A stretch of DNA of 64,000 nucleotides from Selaginella moellendorffii (lineage: Eukaryota; Plantae; Lycopodiophyta). Shown one piece after another: positions 38,244 to 51,456 of this stretch; position 1 is the stretch's first letter; each line of letters begins with the position of its first letter. A model generated the notes under the pieces. The model did no database searches and had not been told where the DNA came from. It was given only the letters and a program-made list of their open reading frames with translations. A program made the position numbers and the translations under genes. Where the stretch lies: positions 186,001-250,000 of the forward strand of contig NW_003314376.1 in NCBI RefSeq assembly GCF_000143415.4, read 5' to 3'.

Positions 38244-39152
38244 TTACAACATAGAGGCTTGCATTTCTTTCAAAGGTGATTTAGTAAAAGGCCTGAGGGC
38301 ACATGCCATTCTATTTCTCAGACCGCTATTAAGATATACTAGTGCAAAGGGAAAAAAGTGCTGCTCGCTACATGTCTCGACAAACCTCTTGAAGATTGCC
38401 TCTCCATATACAACATGACCCTTGGTTTTGTGAGTACCGTCGTTCCCATGGACTGCCTGTTGACTTTGTTCCTCGAACTCAGTTTTGATTCTATAGAATG
38501 TGGTTTGAGGGACTCCATAAATGATTCTCCATGCCTTCATGCAGACCAAACCCCTCTGGAAGACCATGCCCCCCACCTGATGTTCTAAAGCATCAACAGA
38601 TGACCGTAATGCCTCATACACAAAATTGCGAGCTGCCTTCTAGGACAATGTTTTGTATCTTGCTCTCTCCTCTTCAATAGCATCCCAATCAGCATGTTGA
38701 CAGCACCTCCTTTTGCAACAAGCAACTGTCGAGACCATTCGAACCTCCATCGCCATTTTCTACCTTTTCGGTTCGTTGCTTAGATCCCTTTGGCTGTGCT
38801 TTAGGAAGGTGTACTTTCTTTTCCCATGAAGAGATGTTCTGTCATCAGTTGTAGTGGTGTTTGATTGTGAATCCTTCACATTCTCAAACACTAAGTGCCT
38901 CAATTTCCACCGCACAATGCTTCCAATAGTCAGACTATTTTCTTCTGTGTCAACAACCTCTAAAATCGCAACTCCAATATCATCCCAGCCCAATTCTTGA
39001 TTAGCAACCGCATCTCTTGGATCGACAACTGTGGCTAAGCCCTCAGCTACCACCTCCCCCTCGGGGTTGTTTAGAAACACCTTTGCCTGAATCCATGTAG
39101 CACGGTTCTTAAGATCCACGGAGGGAACATGCGTCGCACTTGCGGAGGCCAT
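38244..39152 (-). pseudogene. Transposase-like N-terminal region (Sola-type resemblance), catalytic domain not visible
   Basis: ORFs 38760-39152 and 38244-38621 are in one frame through two TAG stops; CCKRRCC, VCMKAWRIIYGVPQTTFYRIK and HGNDG motifs recalled from Sola-like transposases. Confidence 0.5.
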
Positions 39153-42100
39153 TCTGAAAGTGTAGAAAAGAAGTTAAGACCATATAAAAAATGATTGGAG
39201 AATGGCCTAAATCATAACATACCAAACAACCTCAATAGCATGAGGCCACATGCCATTATTCAAACATGCTATTGACACCCATGTGAAATTTTGCATTCAC
39301 AAAATTGGCATGAGGCCTCATGCCATCTTGATATACACACAGCTGCAGGCAAGTAAAAACATACATGACAATACGCTAGCCATGAAATTGCAAGGGCCCA
39401 AGATGGCATGTGGCCTCATGCCATTTCTAAATGTGGTCCTAAGCCATTCCATGGTGAACATACTAGGAAGCACAAGTGCCGAATATCAAGAGGAAGCGGT
39501 AGCCACACCAAAGACAGTGCCACTCGCAACACCGCAACTACTCATAGCGCTGCTCGCAACACCGCAACTGCTCGTAGCGCCGCTCGCACAAGCTGCCACT
39601 CGCATAAACTGCCGCTCGCAATGGCGCTCGCAATGCCGCAACCGCTCGTAGACGCATAAACCATAGCTCACAACACCGCTTACACAAGCAGCGCTCACTA
39701 TGCTCAGCGGAACCAAGAACACGGCGCACAAAAATGATAGACCTAGTAATGAATTCGAGAATTCAAAAATAACACACGCTTGAACGTCACATCAAATCCT
39801 TTGACAAACCAGATCTTATGATTCCTCTGACAAATTTCAAACTGAGTAGCTTCTAGACTTTGCTGTCGGAGGTTGAACTTTGTCACATCATGTCCTTGCC
39901 TCGATCCAGCTGTGCCATGTCAGTGATTCGAACTTTGCCATGCCATGTCAGCGATCCGCGCCAAGATTATTCGCCGTGTAAAGGAATAATTATGCTGTGT
40001 GTGTACGTCCATTTATGGCAATATAAGGCCACACGCCATTCAAAGAATAATGCTAGTCGAGCATTTTTTGGTGCATTTTTGGGTTCAAAATTGCATGAGC
40101 CCACACGCTATAAAGTTTACCTATACCAAAAATAGAAACAGCTTTATTTACTTGGGAATTTAAGTGGTTGAGGCATTTTTAAACTTACAAACACATGCCC
40201 TACTTACATTCCTTTTGTTGCTTAAAATTCAAAAATATTATAAACCTTTCTTTTTGCATTTTCAATGTTTTCAATTATGGTTTTTGATTTTCGCAGGACC
40301 AGCCTAGTAATCTATTTGCATCCCGTCATGTTTATAGCTAGCTTTCGTTTGTCCCCTTCGCTAGCCTGAGATACATCTGCTCGGCATCTGCATCTTACAG
40401 CATTTGCCCAGAAAGGGCATCTTTCTTCACGCAGAATTTGCCACATGTTTAGGGTTTAGGGTTTAGGGTTTAGCAATTCAGTAGCTTGATAAACATGCAA
40501 ATACAGAACTTGATGCAAAATCCTTTGATATGTCACAATGCCCCTAGGACCATAAACACATTTCAATAGAAAGGGTCCTTTCATTTCATAACTCCTTACG
40601 TAGATCTTGGTGAAACCGGAGTTAGTGAAGTTAGTTTCTTGTGATCCCGCATCTGATTGTGATGTCCCTTTGCAGTGTCGATGGAAAGGTCAATGCACAC
40701 CAAACTGTAAAATCTTGGAGCAAAATAACGGTCAGATCTATGGCAAATGCCCCTGAAACATTGTAAGGCTCGTGTGGTCTCATGTGGTGTCCGATCGAGA
40801 TGCTTCTTTGCAGGGTCATCAAGAAGGACATTGTATACCATTCTGTAAAATCTAGTTGCGATCTAACGGTTGGATCTCCAGAAAACTCAAAACAATCTCG
40901 CGCGTGTCAGAATATTCTAGGAATATACTCCTATGTGCCCTTGAAAATGGCATGCGGCCCCACGCCATTCAAGAGATAACGCTAGATGACGCCGAGCATT
41001 TTTTGGTGCATTTTTTGGGATCAAAATTGCATGAGCCCACACGCTTGAACGTCACATCAAATCCTCTGACAAACCAGATCTTATAATTCCTCTGACAAAT
41101 TTCAAACTAAGTAGCTTCTAGACTTTGCTGTCGGACGTTGAACTTTGTCACATCATGTCCTTGCCTCGATCCAGCTGTGCCATGTCAGTGATTCGAACTT
41201 TGCTATGCCATGTCAGCGATCTGTGCCAAGATTATTCGCCGTGTAACTGCTCGGCATCTGCCTCTTACAGCATTTGCCCAGAAAGGGCATCTGTCTTCAC
41301 GCAGCATTTGCCACATGTTTAGGGTTTAGGGTTTAGCAATTCAATAGCTTGATAAACATGCAAATACAGAACTTGATGCAAAATCCTTTGATATGTCAGG
41401 ACCATAAACACATTTCAATAGAGAGGGTCCTTTCATTTCATAACTCCTTACGTAGATCTTGGTGAAACCAGAGTTAGTGAAGTTGGTTTCTTGTGATCCT
41501 GCATCTGATTGTGATGTCCCTTTGCAGTGTCGATGGAAAGGTCAATGCACACCAAACTGTAGAATCTTGGAGCAAAATAACGGTCAGATCTATGGCAAAT
41601 GCCCCTGAAACATTGCAAAGCTCGTGTGGTCTCATGTGGTGTCCGATCGAGATGCTTCTTTGCAGGGTCATCAAGAAGGACATTGTATACCATTCTTTAT
41701 TTAGCTGAACATTTGGCATTTTTGGAAATACAAGATGCTTTGGAATATCCAATCATGCATGGTATAAATATAGCGAGGGTATTAAATGATATCCCAATCA
41801 TGATCTTTCTTTTGGATTTCGCGTGCATGCAGTCCGAGGAATGATGACATTGCGGATTTCTTTTGGATTTCACGTGCATGCATGCGCGCGGCGATCCAGA
41901 AATTAATGGTGGCGCCCAAGTCCGAGGAATGATGACGTTGCGGGATTACCAACCGTCGTGACATTTCGCGCGTGTGAGGTTAGGTTTTGCATTTTGCTTC
42001 GTACTCGCGCTCGCATCGCACTCCCACTCGCAATCACGCTCACATTCGCGCTCATCTACCTTCTCTACAGGTTTCTCGTGTGCATCGGCGTCCACTCGCG

Positions 42101-42340
42101 CTTGCATCGCGCTCGTGTGCATCGGCATCCACTTCAAGACACACCCAGTTTGTAACTTCGCCGCCAACTCTGCCGCCCACTCCGCCACCCACATGCAGCC
42201 CACTTGGCGTCCCGGGAGATTTCAGCGCCACTCTCCAACTGTAAGTGGCAGAGTAGCCTTGCTGCTACGATCCGCTACACACACAGTGCACATTCGCCAG
42301 CAAGTCCGGCCTCGATTGTCACGCCTCCATTCGGCTTCAA

Positions 42341-43561
42341 ATGGTAAGTCTTTTAGGCCAAGTAGAAAATGGCATGAGGCCACATGCCATTCAGTAGCAA
42401 CATTGGCATGCACCGATTGGGCTCTCGAGTGCAGTCCGGTTACAGATGGCGTGTAGCCTCACGCCATCTTAGGATGCAGCATCAAGACATCTGATGCAGT
42501 GGTGAATGGCGTGTGGCCTCACGTTATTTCCAGCTGCTAGCTTTTCATCTGTCAGCTCTAATTGTTGTGCATTTCTGAACAGGCGAGGAATTGCGTTCTT
42601 CTTCCAGCCACTGTCAATGTGGATGCAGAGAAGGGGGAGGAGCTCAGGTTGGACTTTCGGGATGGAAGGCGAGGATCTGAGGCTGTACAACACAGATGGT
42701 GGGAGAAAAGAATGCATGGGGATCCTCATCCAAGTGACAGACACTCCATGCAGTTCCATGCAAGAATATGGACTAGCACTTGTGGTAGAGACAACGTCCG
42801 CCTTCAAGATCCACCTTGCACATCCTAGTGGCTTCCCGGAGGGGGGCAGCAGCTATGAGGAATTCCTAGAGGGAGCTAGGGAGAGGTTGTCCAGGAGGCT
42901 CACAATTTCAAAGACGCTGCGGGTCTATGAAGATCACATGGAATCCACGGACCTCACCTACGGCGATGTTCAAAAACTATATTCCAATATTGAGCCATTG
43001 AGAGTGCCTCTAGTTCACGAAGCGAAGGAAAAGGGGGTCGATCTGGAAACTACCCCGAAGCAGAAAAGGGTGGTCAAGCTCAAGCCGACGTCCGATTCTC
43101 CTGCTCCAAAAAAGAAGCTACTCGGTGATGCCATTGCCTCGGGTTCGAACACTACACGCACCAAAAAGAAGAGCCGCAAAGAGCAGAAAGAGCAAGAAGA
43201 GGCAGCAAAAATCGTTGCAGATAATAGTACTTGTTACTATTCCAACAAAGTATATACAATCGACGTGAGCCGTATCAACATCCAAAGCAAATACAACCAC
43301 AGGCTAGTATCTGATGAGTGGGTGGAGAAACTGAAGCAGAAGATGCTGGGAAGTCCAGTAACACCCGACATCGCAGACGTGATCCCCTACTACCAAACAA
43401 TGAAGGGCGAGACGAGGTTTCCAGACTTGACCACTGAACATGAGCGTGGACGTATTAGAGAAGAGATGGCATTACTATTGGGTTTAAATCCTGATAGTGT
43501 GGAGAGTGATGAAATTCCAAGATTATTGTATAGGCGTTGGAGGCAAAAAATAACAGTCTGA
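42341..43561 (+). pseudogene. Transposon accessory ORF2, copy 2 (basic central tract, ParB-like segment); frameshift near 42647
   Basis: Inferred ATG|gtaagt 42341, acceptor 42582; long open frame to 43561; YTIDVSRINIQSKYNHRLVSDEWVEKLKQKM. Confidence 0.6.
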
Positions 43562-44680
43562 GATGGCATGTATTTATTTAAAAATGTAACTTATTATGGC
43601 ATGGGGTTCCATGCCATTGTATTAATATTAAAAGACAATTCTTTGAGAGGATTTGCATTATACTAGAAGTGTTACAGCATGTTATTGGAAGTCTACGAAG
43701 TTGTTTTATTAATAAAGGGAAAGTAAAGATTGAATGGGGACTTGGGCTCCACCTAGACTCGGAGCAACTGAGCCAATATTAAAAGGATGGAAAGAAATTG
43801 GACGACGATGACAAGGAGAAGAGAGAGGTGAAGCAGTGGTAGGAGGAGGAGAAGTGATTGAGTAGACATTTCCTTGTTTAAAATAAAATGGCATGTGCCT
43901 CAATGCAGTTGAATTTTGTTATATTTATATACTATATAAAGGTTTGGAAACCTTATTTTACAAGTGGGATAATGACAATTCCCACTTTAACGAAATAGAG
44001 CTTCATCGCTCAATCACGAAATGCTCTCCACAGTATAGGTATGATATTTCAAAAAGAGAAATGGATATCTTTCCAATCCTAATGTCCTACTTGCAGTGAC
44101 ACGCCACTTTGGATACTTTGAATAACGAAACTCTTTTTTTCCTCGTTTTTCAACTTAGAACTCATTGAATGTGATCATGGAGACACAAGCCATCAGCGTA
44201 CACAAACTACTTCCCTACAGGAAACTGGAGAAAAGAAACACGAGATAAATATCTATCCATTGCTGTTTTGATAGTCTCACGGTGCCCAACCGAAAGCATG
44301 AGACTGATAGATGCAAAAATGCAAGTTGGATTATCTTTGTCATGTAGATGGCATCCTTGTTGTCTTCACGCTCCTGCCTACCAGTCTTCTTTTTCTCGGC
44401 CGGTGGAGGTCTCTTATTATGGTTGCCTCTATTGCAGACACAACATATCAAAGTAGTTTCATAATGTCAGAGGCAAAAGCAAAAGAATTAACCCATCTGG
44501 GTACTGGAATAAAAGCCAGTTTGCCACAGACGGTAGAGCAGCAATCCAGTGACCCAACAGTGGAGGGAACTAGCACCATCCGGTTTTACTTCTTCATCGT
44601 GGATCCCTAGCTCCTCAAGTGGTCAACCATAGTCAACACCAGTAAAATCAGTCAAAACGCTTGGAATGATTGAAAATAGT

Positions 44681-44753
44681 TGGAGATGCCGGGTATCGAT
44701 CCCGGTGCCTCTCGCATGCTAAGCAAGCGCTCTACCATCTGAGCTAAATCCCC
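44681..44753 (-). tRNA. trnA-AGC: tRNA-Ala(AGC) variant (G7T acceptor-stem mismatch)
   Basis: 73-nt cloverleaf with intact D-loop GG; two substitutions in stems. Confidence 0.8.
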
Positions 44754-45140
44754 TTAGAATAGAAACAAAAATGCAAAGCTTTTCTCTTCACCAGTCTAGT
44801 ACTCATCTTTGGAGATTCCGGCGTCTTTTGTCACATTTCAAGAGTTTTTTGATTGATTCTATGGAGGAAAATACTCAAGGTCATGAGATCTCATCTTGGC
44901 AACGTCTTATTAAGTGCTCCAGGTTTAAGGCCGAGGGATTTGTGGAGCATACCCCTGAGAATCAAAAGAGATGCGTGTGGAATCCACAGGATGGGTTGCT
45001 TGATGCGTACTACAGGGCACTCCTTGCAAAGCTGGCAACCATGAAGAATGTTACTAATGCTTATAATAATAATACATATAGTAATAGTACAAACAAGAGG
45101 AGGAACAAGGCTAGTGAATTATTTTGCTTTGCAGTGTTAT

Positions 45141-46664
45141 TCAAGATGGGTAGAAGCAATTGGTAAAACCAAGACAATATAAATCAATTGGTATGATCTT
45201 TAGTACCAAATAAATACTAATATTATTTGGTATTTTAATTTGCTTATTTAGAAGATTTTTAAAAATGAGTAACTTTACTTTTGCCTTTTTTACAAAATAT
45301 CGAAAGCACATTCTTTCGAAGTTTAAGCGCGTTTGCTTTCGGTCTCTGACAGCCCCTGAACAAACGAACGGAGAAATCGGGCACGCTTGATCAATCCAAA
45401 GAAACTAATCACTAAAAGCTTACCAGGTGATGGATTTTGTTTCGAGGATGACAAAACGGCCTCTTTCCATTCCTCGTATTCTAGGCATGTTGTCCTGCCT
45501 GGATCCTGCATGCAAACCAAACTAAAGTCTTTAGAACCTGGAAGTTGCAACAAGCAGATCGACGCCTTCCTACTGACCTCGAGATTCGTGGCATCCGACA
45601 GAGCTGCAGAAGAAATGCTCGCACTGTGAGATCAGGCCTTGCAGAAAAAATATCGAGTTCTTTGCATACCTCTCTTGCATCCTCTAGTTCTTGATTCGGA
45701 TTTCTCTTTCTCAACACCGACCAAATCGAAGCAGATATCTGTCATAGACGCGGCAACCTGTAGAAAAATAAAATCTAGAATCGGCAATACAATTGCTCGC
45801 TGGAGCTTACGTTGGAAAACTCAGGGTCCGACGTGCTAGACACCTCCATCAATTTAGCTTTGTCAACTTTAAGCTGTTGAAACATACAATAAAAAGACAG
45901 TAAAACCGTGAAAAAAAGCATTGGAAACTGCTTGCCTTTTGCTTTCTCGCGCATAAATAAAACGCAACGCTGGTGAATACAGGGCGATCGAAATCAGCGC
46001 TTCGACGTCGTGCTTCTGGAAAAGTGGCCAAAAATCGCTCTTTGTATCTGGAGCAAAACGTAGAGAGAGCCCGTAAAGAAATAAACTAAAAGGAAAGAGG
46101 AAGCTCTTACGCTGCCAAGACTCTCTGGACAGCTTGTATGAGTCTCACGCATCCAAATTGCACAGCGAGCTCGCGCACATTCAAGCTTGTCCTGAAGAAA
46201 AAAATGTTATTCCCACATTTTTTTTCCATCTCTTTTCTTCCTGGCTTTGAAGAAATACCTGATACCAAGAGCATTCTGGACTGTGGTGAGTGATCTATTG
46301 TAAGCCTTATCAGAAAGGCCACTCAGCTTGATTCCCTTTTGCCGATCAAATGGAACTTGCATCCTGTCCGAGAAGAAAAGAAAGAAATAAACTCCACCCG
46401 CAAAGAAATGCAGATCTGGATACTTACATCGAGCACGCGATCTCGAAACAGAGCACGGATCGGCAGACATCGCCCTGGAATAACACACAAGAGCATTGGA
46501 TACCCTCAAGTCACAGGCGGAAAGAAAGAAGCAAGCACACTCACAATGCCAAATGCCGCCGCATCAAATTCCATCCGGCAGAGGTGCAGCAGCTCCTCCG
46601 CCTTGCGCAGCACTTCGCGATCGGCCGCCATTCCCAGCCGCCGCTCCAGCGCCTTCATCTCCAT
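45141..46664 (-). CDS. ORC6: Origin recognition complex subunit 6, copy 2; frame intact through ~10 exons, ancestral stop mutated
   Basis: Manual splice gives MEMKALERRLGMAADREVLRKAEELLHLCRMEFDAAAFGI|GDVCRSVLCFEIACS|MMQVPFDRQKGIKLSG..|RTSLNVRELAVQFGCVRLIQ..|YKERFLATFPEARRRSADFDRPVFTSVAFYLCARKQK|LKVDK..|..YEEWK..|..KQTRLNFERM; TGA>TGC at 45306-45308, next stop 45141-45143. Confidence 0.9.
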
Positions 46665-46694
46665 GGCGCGCGAAGAACCTCGCGTTTGGAAATA

Positions 46695-46702
46695 GGCGGG
46701 AA
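46695..46702 (-). promoter_or_regulatory. E2F-type site upstream of ORC6 copy 2
   Basis: ggcgggaa, same position as in copy 1. Confidence 0.55.
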
Positions 46703-46989
46703 GATAACGAGTTAACCTAAACCGCGAGGGTTAGAGATAAACGAACATTAATGGTTTACTTTACGTCAACTATAGTCAACCTTGGCGTTGTAGCCACAAT
46801 TTTATTTGGAACGATGGATGGATCATACAAAACTTTTTAAGATTGTAGAAAGCTGCAGGGAATACAAGGACGACGAGAGTCCTTCATTTCTCGCAGTGAA
46901 GAACACAATCAAAAAAAGGAGATGGCCGAGTAGATCATATCTTGTTGAATGCAACGATGTCACAGCTTAGGATGTACTCCGCCACTGGG

Positions 46990-48539
46990 CCCTCATCAAT
47001 CAAAAAGTATGTCACTTAAGGCTATTACTATTGTTTCATTTGATCTAACTTTTGGTGTTGTGGGGTGTGATAATATTGGTATTGTGCCCATCCTTGATGT
47101 GTTGTTTGTTGGTCTCTAGCTTTTGTGGGATGTGATTATATGGTTTATCCTATTCTTAATGTTCTACCAATCTCCTATTGACGTGGAGTGTGATCGTGAT
47201 ATTGATTGGTGAGCTATGGATGATGCAGTTTAATTCTTGGAGAATGTTTGAGGATCAAGTTTGTGGAAAGACAATTAATCTGGATATTGAGTGTATCCAT
47301 GAAGTTGAGAATCTTGCTTTTATTTCATTGGTAGAGTATTTGATTAGTTCTGGTATTGAGTATTTCCCTGTTCCAAGGGTTAAGTCACTTTAGCCAGAGT
47401 TTTGGGTTGAATGCATGTCCCCACTTGTGAGTGCTACTGAGAGCCTTTGCTTTACTATTACTTATGAGGAAATTATATATTCCCTTGAGAATGTGAATGT
47501 TGTTATTGATTTTCCCATATCAAGTGTTAAGTTGTGTGTTCAAAAGGTTAAGTGGTGTGAATCTTTTGCTTATATTGTGGCTGAAATATTTAACGAAAGG
47601 AAATCCCCTATTGACCAAGCTTTAAGCATATATTCTTTTAATTTTCCATTTTTGCATTGCCAGTTGTTGCAAATTCCTCTTCCAATGCTTTTCTATCTAC
47701 TTTTTCTTCTTCCAAAATTGTTTTACCTCAATTTTTCTCGTTAACTTTTTTTTGCCTTGACACTTCAAACTTTTTTTTCTTTAGAGGAGGGGGTAGAGGA
47801 GACGGATGGAAGTCCGGCCCCGATGATGGAGTGAGGATGAGCGAATACGATAGTGGAGCAAGGGCGAATGATATAGATTGTGGAGTGAGGACGAGCATAG
47901 CGAGTTTGAACGAAACATCCAGCCCCAATATAATGAGGCCGAATAGATACGATAGTGGAGTGAGGCTGGACATAGATGGCAGAGTGAAGACGAGCACAGT
48001 AAGTCCAAAAGGAGCTACTGTTTCAAATTTTTTTTTCTTCGAGGAGGGGAGAAGGAGAATGTGAAAGACGAATGGAGTGAGTTTAACCTCTCCAATGCAA
48101 AGTTATGGTTGTGTGGTTGGTTTGAGCATTTAGGAGTTGCATAAAGAGTTGCAACTGGTTCATCAAAGTTCTATACTAGGCTAATGATTATGCCATAGCT
48201 TTAGATTTTATTTCAGTCATGGTTATTAGCAATTTTTATTGGTGGTTTTGTGGGAGTTTTAGATTCTTGTAGTAATTTATAATTGCCCAACAGAAGCTCC
48301 AGATGTTCCACTTGACTTATTATTATCACCTTTTCATCTTCCAAAAGGGAGGATGGTGTAAAGTTTGTAAATACATATATGTATATATATGTATTACCCT
48401 AGCTAGGTAATGCACTAATTATAGTAGTATAACATATCGACTGTCCATTTAGGACTAAATATAATCTATCCATTCTTGTATATAAGTAGGGGCCTAAATT
48501 TTAATTAATATACTTCTTCCTTTATTCTGAGTACTCACA
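46990..48539 (+). mobile_element. Non-autonomous LTR family C, 5'-truncated copy
   Basis: 3' LTR 48357-48539 after PPT; homologous to 23325-25152 with an internal deletion. Confidence 0.8.
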
Positions 48540-49036
48540 ATATATATTTTATATATTATATGGCTTTTGGGATGGATCCAAATCTTAAAATTTGGATTCA
48601 CTGCAATATCTTAATATGGGCGGGTTTATGACATAGGAAAAGAACTAGATATTGGTATTATATTTGAATTTGATATATATTTATAAATAAACATTTACTT
48701 ATAAATTACTCATAAAATAACAAAGGACATTTTTTAAAGTTACACTCAAATGGATTTTATAGTAATAAATGTATATTCAGTAATACTAAATATAGTGAAT
48801 TTATTCTGTAAATTAGGTCAGAAGGTAAAACCTCTATTAAATAGGAAATATTGCCACTCAGATCTAAATATTATTTAAATTTTAATTTTTTAAAAATACC
48901 TGTTTAATAAAAATATTTCCACGAAAACATTAAGAAATTATTCTTTCGTGTACCAGAATATTTGAAAATATTTTTAATGACTCCTTTTGCTCTCTCTATT
49001 ATCAGATCTGTATAGGACTACATTAAGTTGTACATT

Positions 49037-49290
49037 CTTGAGGTCAGTAGGAAGGCATTGATTTGCTTGTTACAACTTACAAGTTCCAAAGGCATTAGTT
49101 TGGTTTTGGTACAAGATCCAGGCAGGACAACATGCTTGGAATACAAGGAATGGAGAGAGGCCACCTTGAAACAAAATCCATCACCTAGTAAGCTTTTAAT
49201 AATTAGTTTCTTTGGATTGATCAAGCATGCCCAATATCTCTATTTGTTTGTTCAGAAAAGCAAATGCACTTAAATTTTGAAAGAATGTGA
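49037..49290 (+). pseudogene. ORC6: ORC6 3' remnant (arm A copy)
   Basis: Near identical to 14376-14629. Confidence 0.8.
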
Positions 49291-49769
49291 AGGTGACGTT
49301 TCCAATTTTGAACTTTTGTAAGAAAAACAAGTTACTCATTTTAAAAGACTTTTAGCTATACAAATATGTAGCTAAATATGTTTACTAGCAAACCAAAATA
49401 CCAATTAATATTAGTGTTTAGACAATTTGATTGGTACAGAAGACCATACCAGTTGATTTATATTGTGTTGGTTTTACCAATTGCTTTACTCCTCTTGCAT
49501 AACACTGCAAAGCAAAACACTATCCCTCTTCCTCCTCCTCTTGTGATTACTATTACTATAATATGTATTATTATTATAAGCATTAGTAACATTCTTCATG
49601 GTTGCCTGCAGATGCAGCTTCTTGGCTATAGGAACTTGCTGGAGATGGTGGGATTTCCAAAGCTCATCTCTCAAAAGGCTCTTGAAATGCAACAAAAGCT
49701 GCCAGAATCTCCAAGGATGAGTATTAGAATGGTGAAGAGAAAAGTTTAGCATTTTTGTTTCTTTGCTAA

Positions 49770-49800
49770 GGCGAGATAGCTCAGATGGTAGAGCGCTTGC
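49770..49800 (+). pseudogene. Truncated tRNA-Ala 5' half
   Basis: Same as 15109-15139. Confidence 0.75.
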
Positions 49801-50124
49801 CATCAAAATATGTTTGATTATTGGATCGTTCCAGGCGTTTTGACCGATTTTACTGGTGTTGACCTTTGGGGAGCTATGGATGGATGTTGCACCGTGAGAC
49901 TGTCAACAGAGCCATGCATAGATATTTATCTTGTGTTTCTTTTTCCCACTTTTTTGCAAACGAGTAAAAAAGTTTCGTTCACTGCAAGTACATTAGGATT
50001 GAGCCTGGAAAGGAGTTGCCATCAAATTAAAGATGTCTTATCTTTTTGAAATATTGAGCACTTCGTGATTGTGAGATTAAATCGCTGTTCACATCTAGGT
50101 TTGGGCTCTTTGGCATGCTCAGTT

Positions 50125-50224
50125 NNNNNNNNNNNNNNNNNNNNNNNNNNNNNNNNNNNNNNNNNNNNNNNNNNNNNNNNNNNNNNNNNNNNNNNNNNNN
50201 NNNNNNNNNNNNNNNNNNNNNNNN
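50125..50224. other. Assembly gap (~100 N)
   Basis: Run of n. Confidence 0.95.
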
Positions 50225-50838
50225 GTATTTGACGAGCATTCTTCCACTTGTCCGAGTGGAGTCTGCCGAACAGTTAGGCCGCGTACAAGTGGGACAACAA
50301 CGGCGATACAACTCCTATTATTGTCCACCTACGGAGTACAAAGTGCATGATTTAGTATTAGTCCGTTTTCCCCATCTTACGGTACGTGGTTTATCTAAAG
50401 GGCTCCTTGCGCAGTGGAAAGGACTGTATCGGGTGTTGTGGCAAGTTCAACCACAAGTTTATGAGGTTTGGCATGAGGTCCAATAGGCCGATCCTCCAGA
50501 GATTGTGCATGTGTAGCGGTTGAAACGCTTCATACAAAGGGATCAAAAGCAGTTAATACCACCTACAGATCCGCCGATGCCTCCTCCTAACGTTTTTCCA
50601 GATCCCGGCCCATCTACAAGAGAACCCTGATAGTCTTTCATTATTCCGAGAGGAGGGGATGATGTGACAGCCAAGTGTACGGTTACGATGCCGTATACTA
50701 ATATTAGTGTAGTGGGATTTTGGTAGCTGTCGGATTGGTTTCAATCCGAACCACTCACTCTTGTATATAAGCTAGGGTTTTTTGGGCTAATGGATATGCA
50801 CATTTCTGTATTCCCTTTCCATATTCCAAGCACTCACA
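50225..50838 (+). mobile_element. Family G fragment G5 (integrase end, 3' LTR 50663-50838)
   Basis: Apparently identical to 13399-14011 including the right junction. Confidence 0.9.
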
Positions 50839-51202
50839 ATATATATTTATAAATAAACATTTACTTATAAATTACTCATAAAATAACAAAGGACATTTTT
50901 TAAAGTTACACTCAAATGGATTTTATAGTAATAAATGTATATTCAGTAATAATAAATATAGTGAATTTATTCTGTAAATTAGGTCAGAAGGTAAAACCTC
51001 TATTAAATAGGAAATATTGCCACTCAGATCTAAATATTATTTAAATTTAAATTTTTTAAAAATACCTGTTTAATAAAAATATTGCCATGAAAACATTAAG
51101 AAATTATTCTTTTGTGTACCAGAATATTTGAAAATATTTTTAATGACTCCTTTTGCTCTCTCTATTATCAGATCTGTATAGGACTACATTAAGTTGTACA
51201 TT

Positions 51203-51456
51203 CTTGAGGTCAGTAGGAAGGCATTGATTTGCTTGTTACAACTTACAAGTTCCAAAGGCATTAGTTTGGTTTTGGTACAAGATCCAGGCAGGACAACATG
51301 CTTGGAATACAAGGAATGGAGAGAGGCCACCTTGAAACAAAATCCATCACCTAGTAAGCTTTTAATAATTAGTTTCTTTGGATTGATCAAGCATGCCCAA
51401 TATCTCTATTTGTTTGTTCAGAAAAGCAAATGCACTTAAATTTTGAAAGAATGTGA
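51203..51456 (+). pseudogene. ORC6: ORC6 3' remnant (arm A copy)
   Basis: Near identical to 14376-14629. Confidence 0.8.

Larger units (their letters stand above)
37746..44003. mobile_element. TIR DNA transposon, copy 2 (~6.26 kb, both ends), tentatively Sola-like, internally deleted
   Basis: Perfect 22-bp TIR GCTCTATTTCGTTAAAGTGGGA at 37748-37769 and its reverse complement at 43980-44001; two divergent decayed genes inside; flanks unrelated, no TSD. Confidence 0.85.

Noticed and set aside
40448-40473. TTTAGGG repeats as a chromosome end or fusion scar
   Set aside because: Only 2.5-3.5 units and present at equivalent positions in both transposon copies
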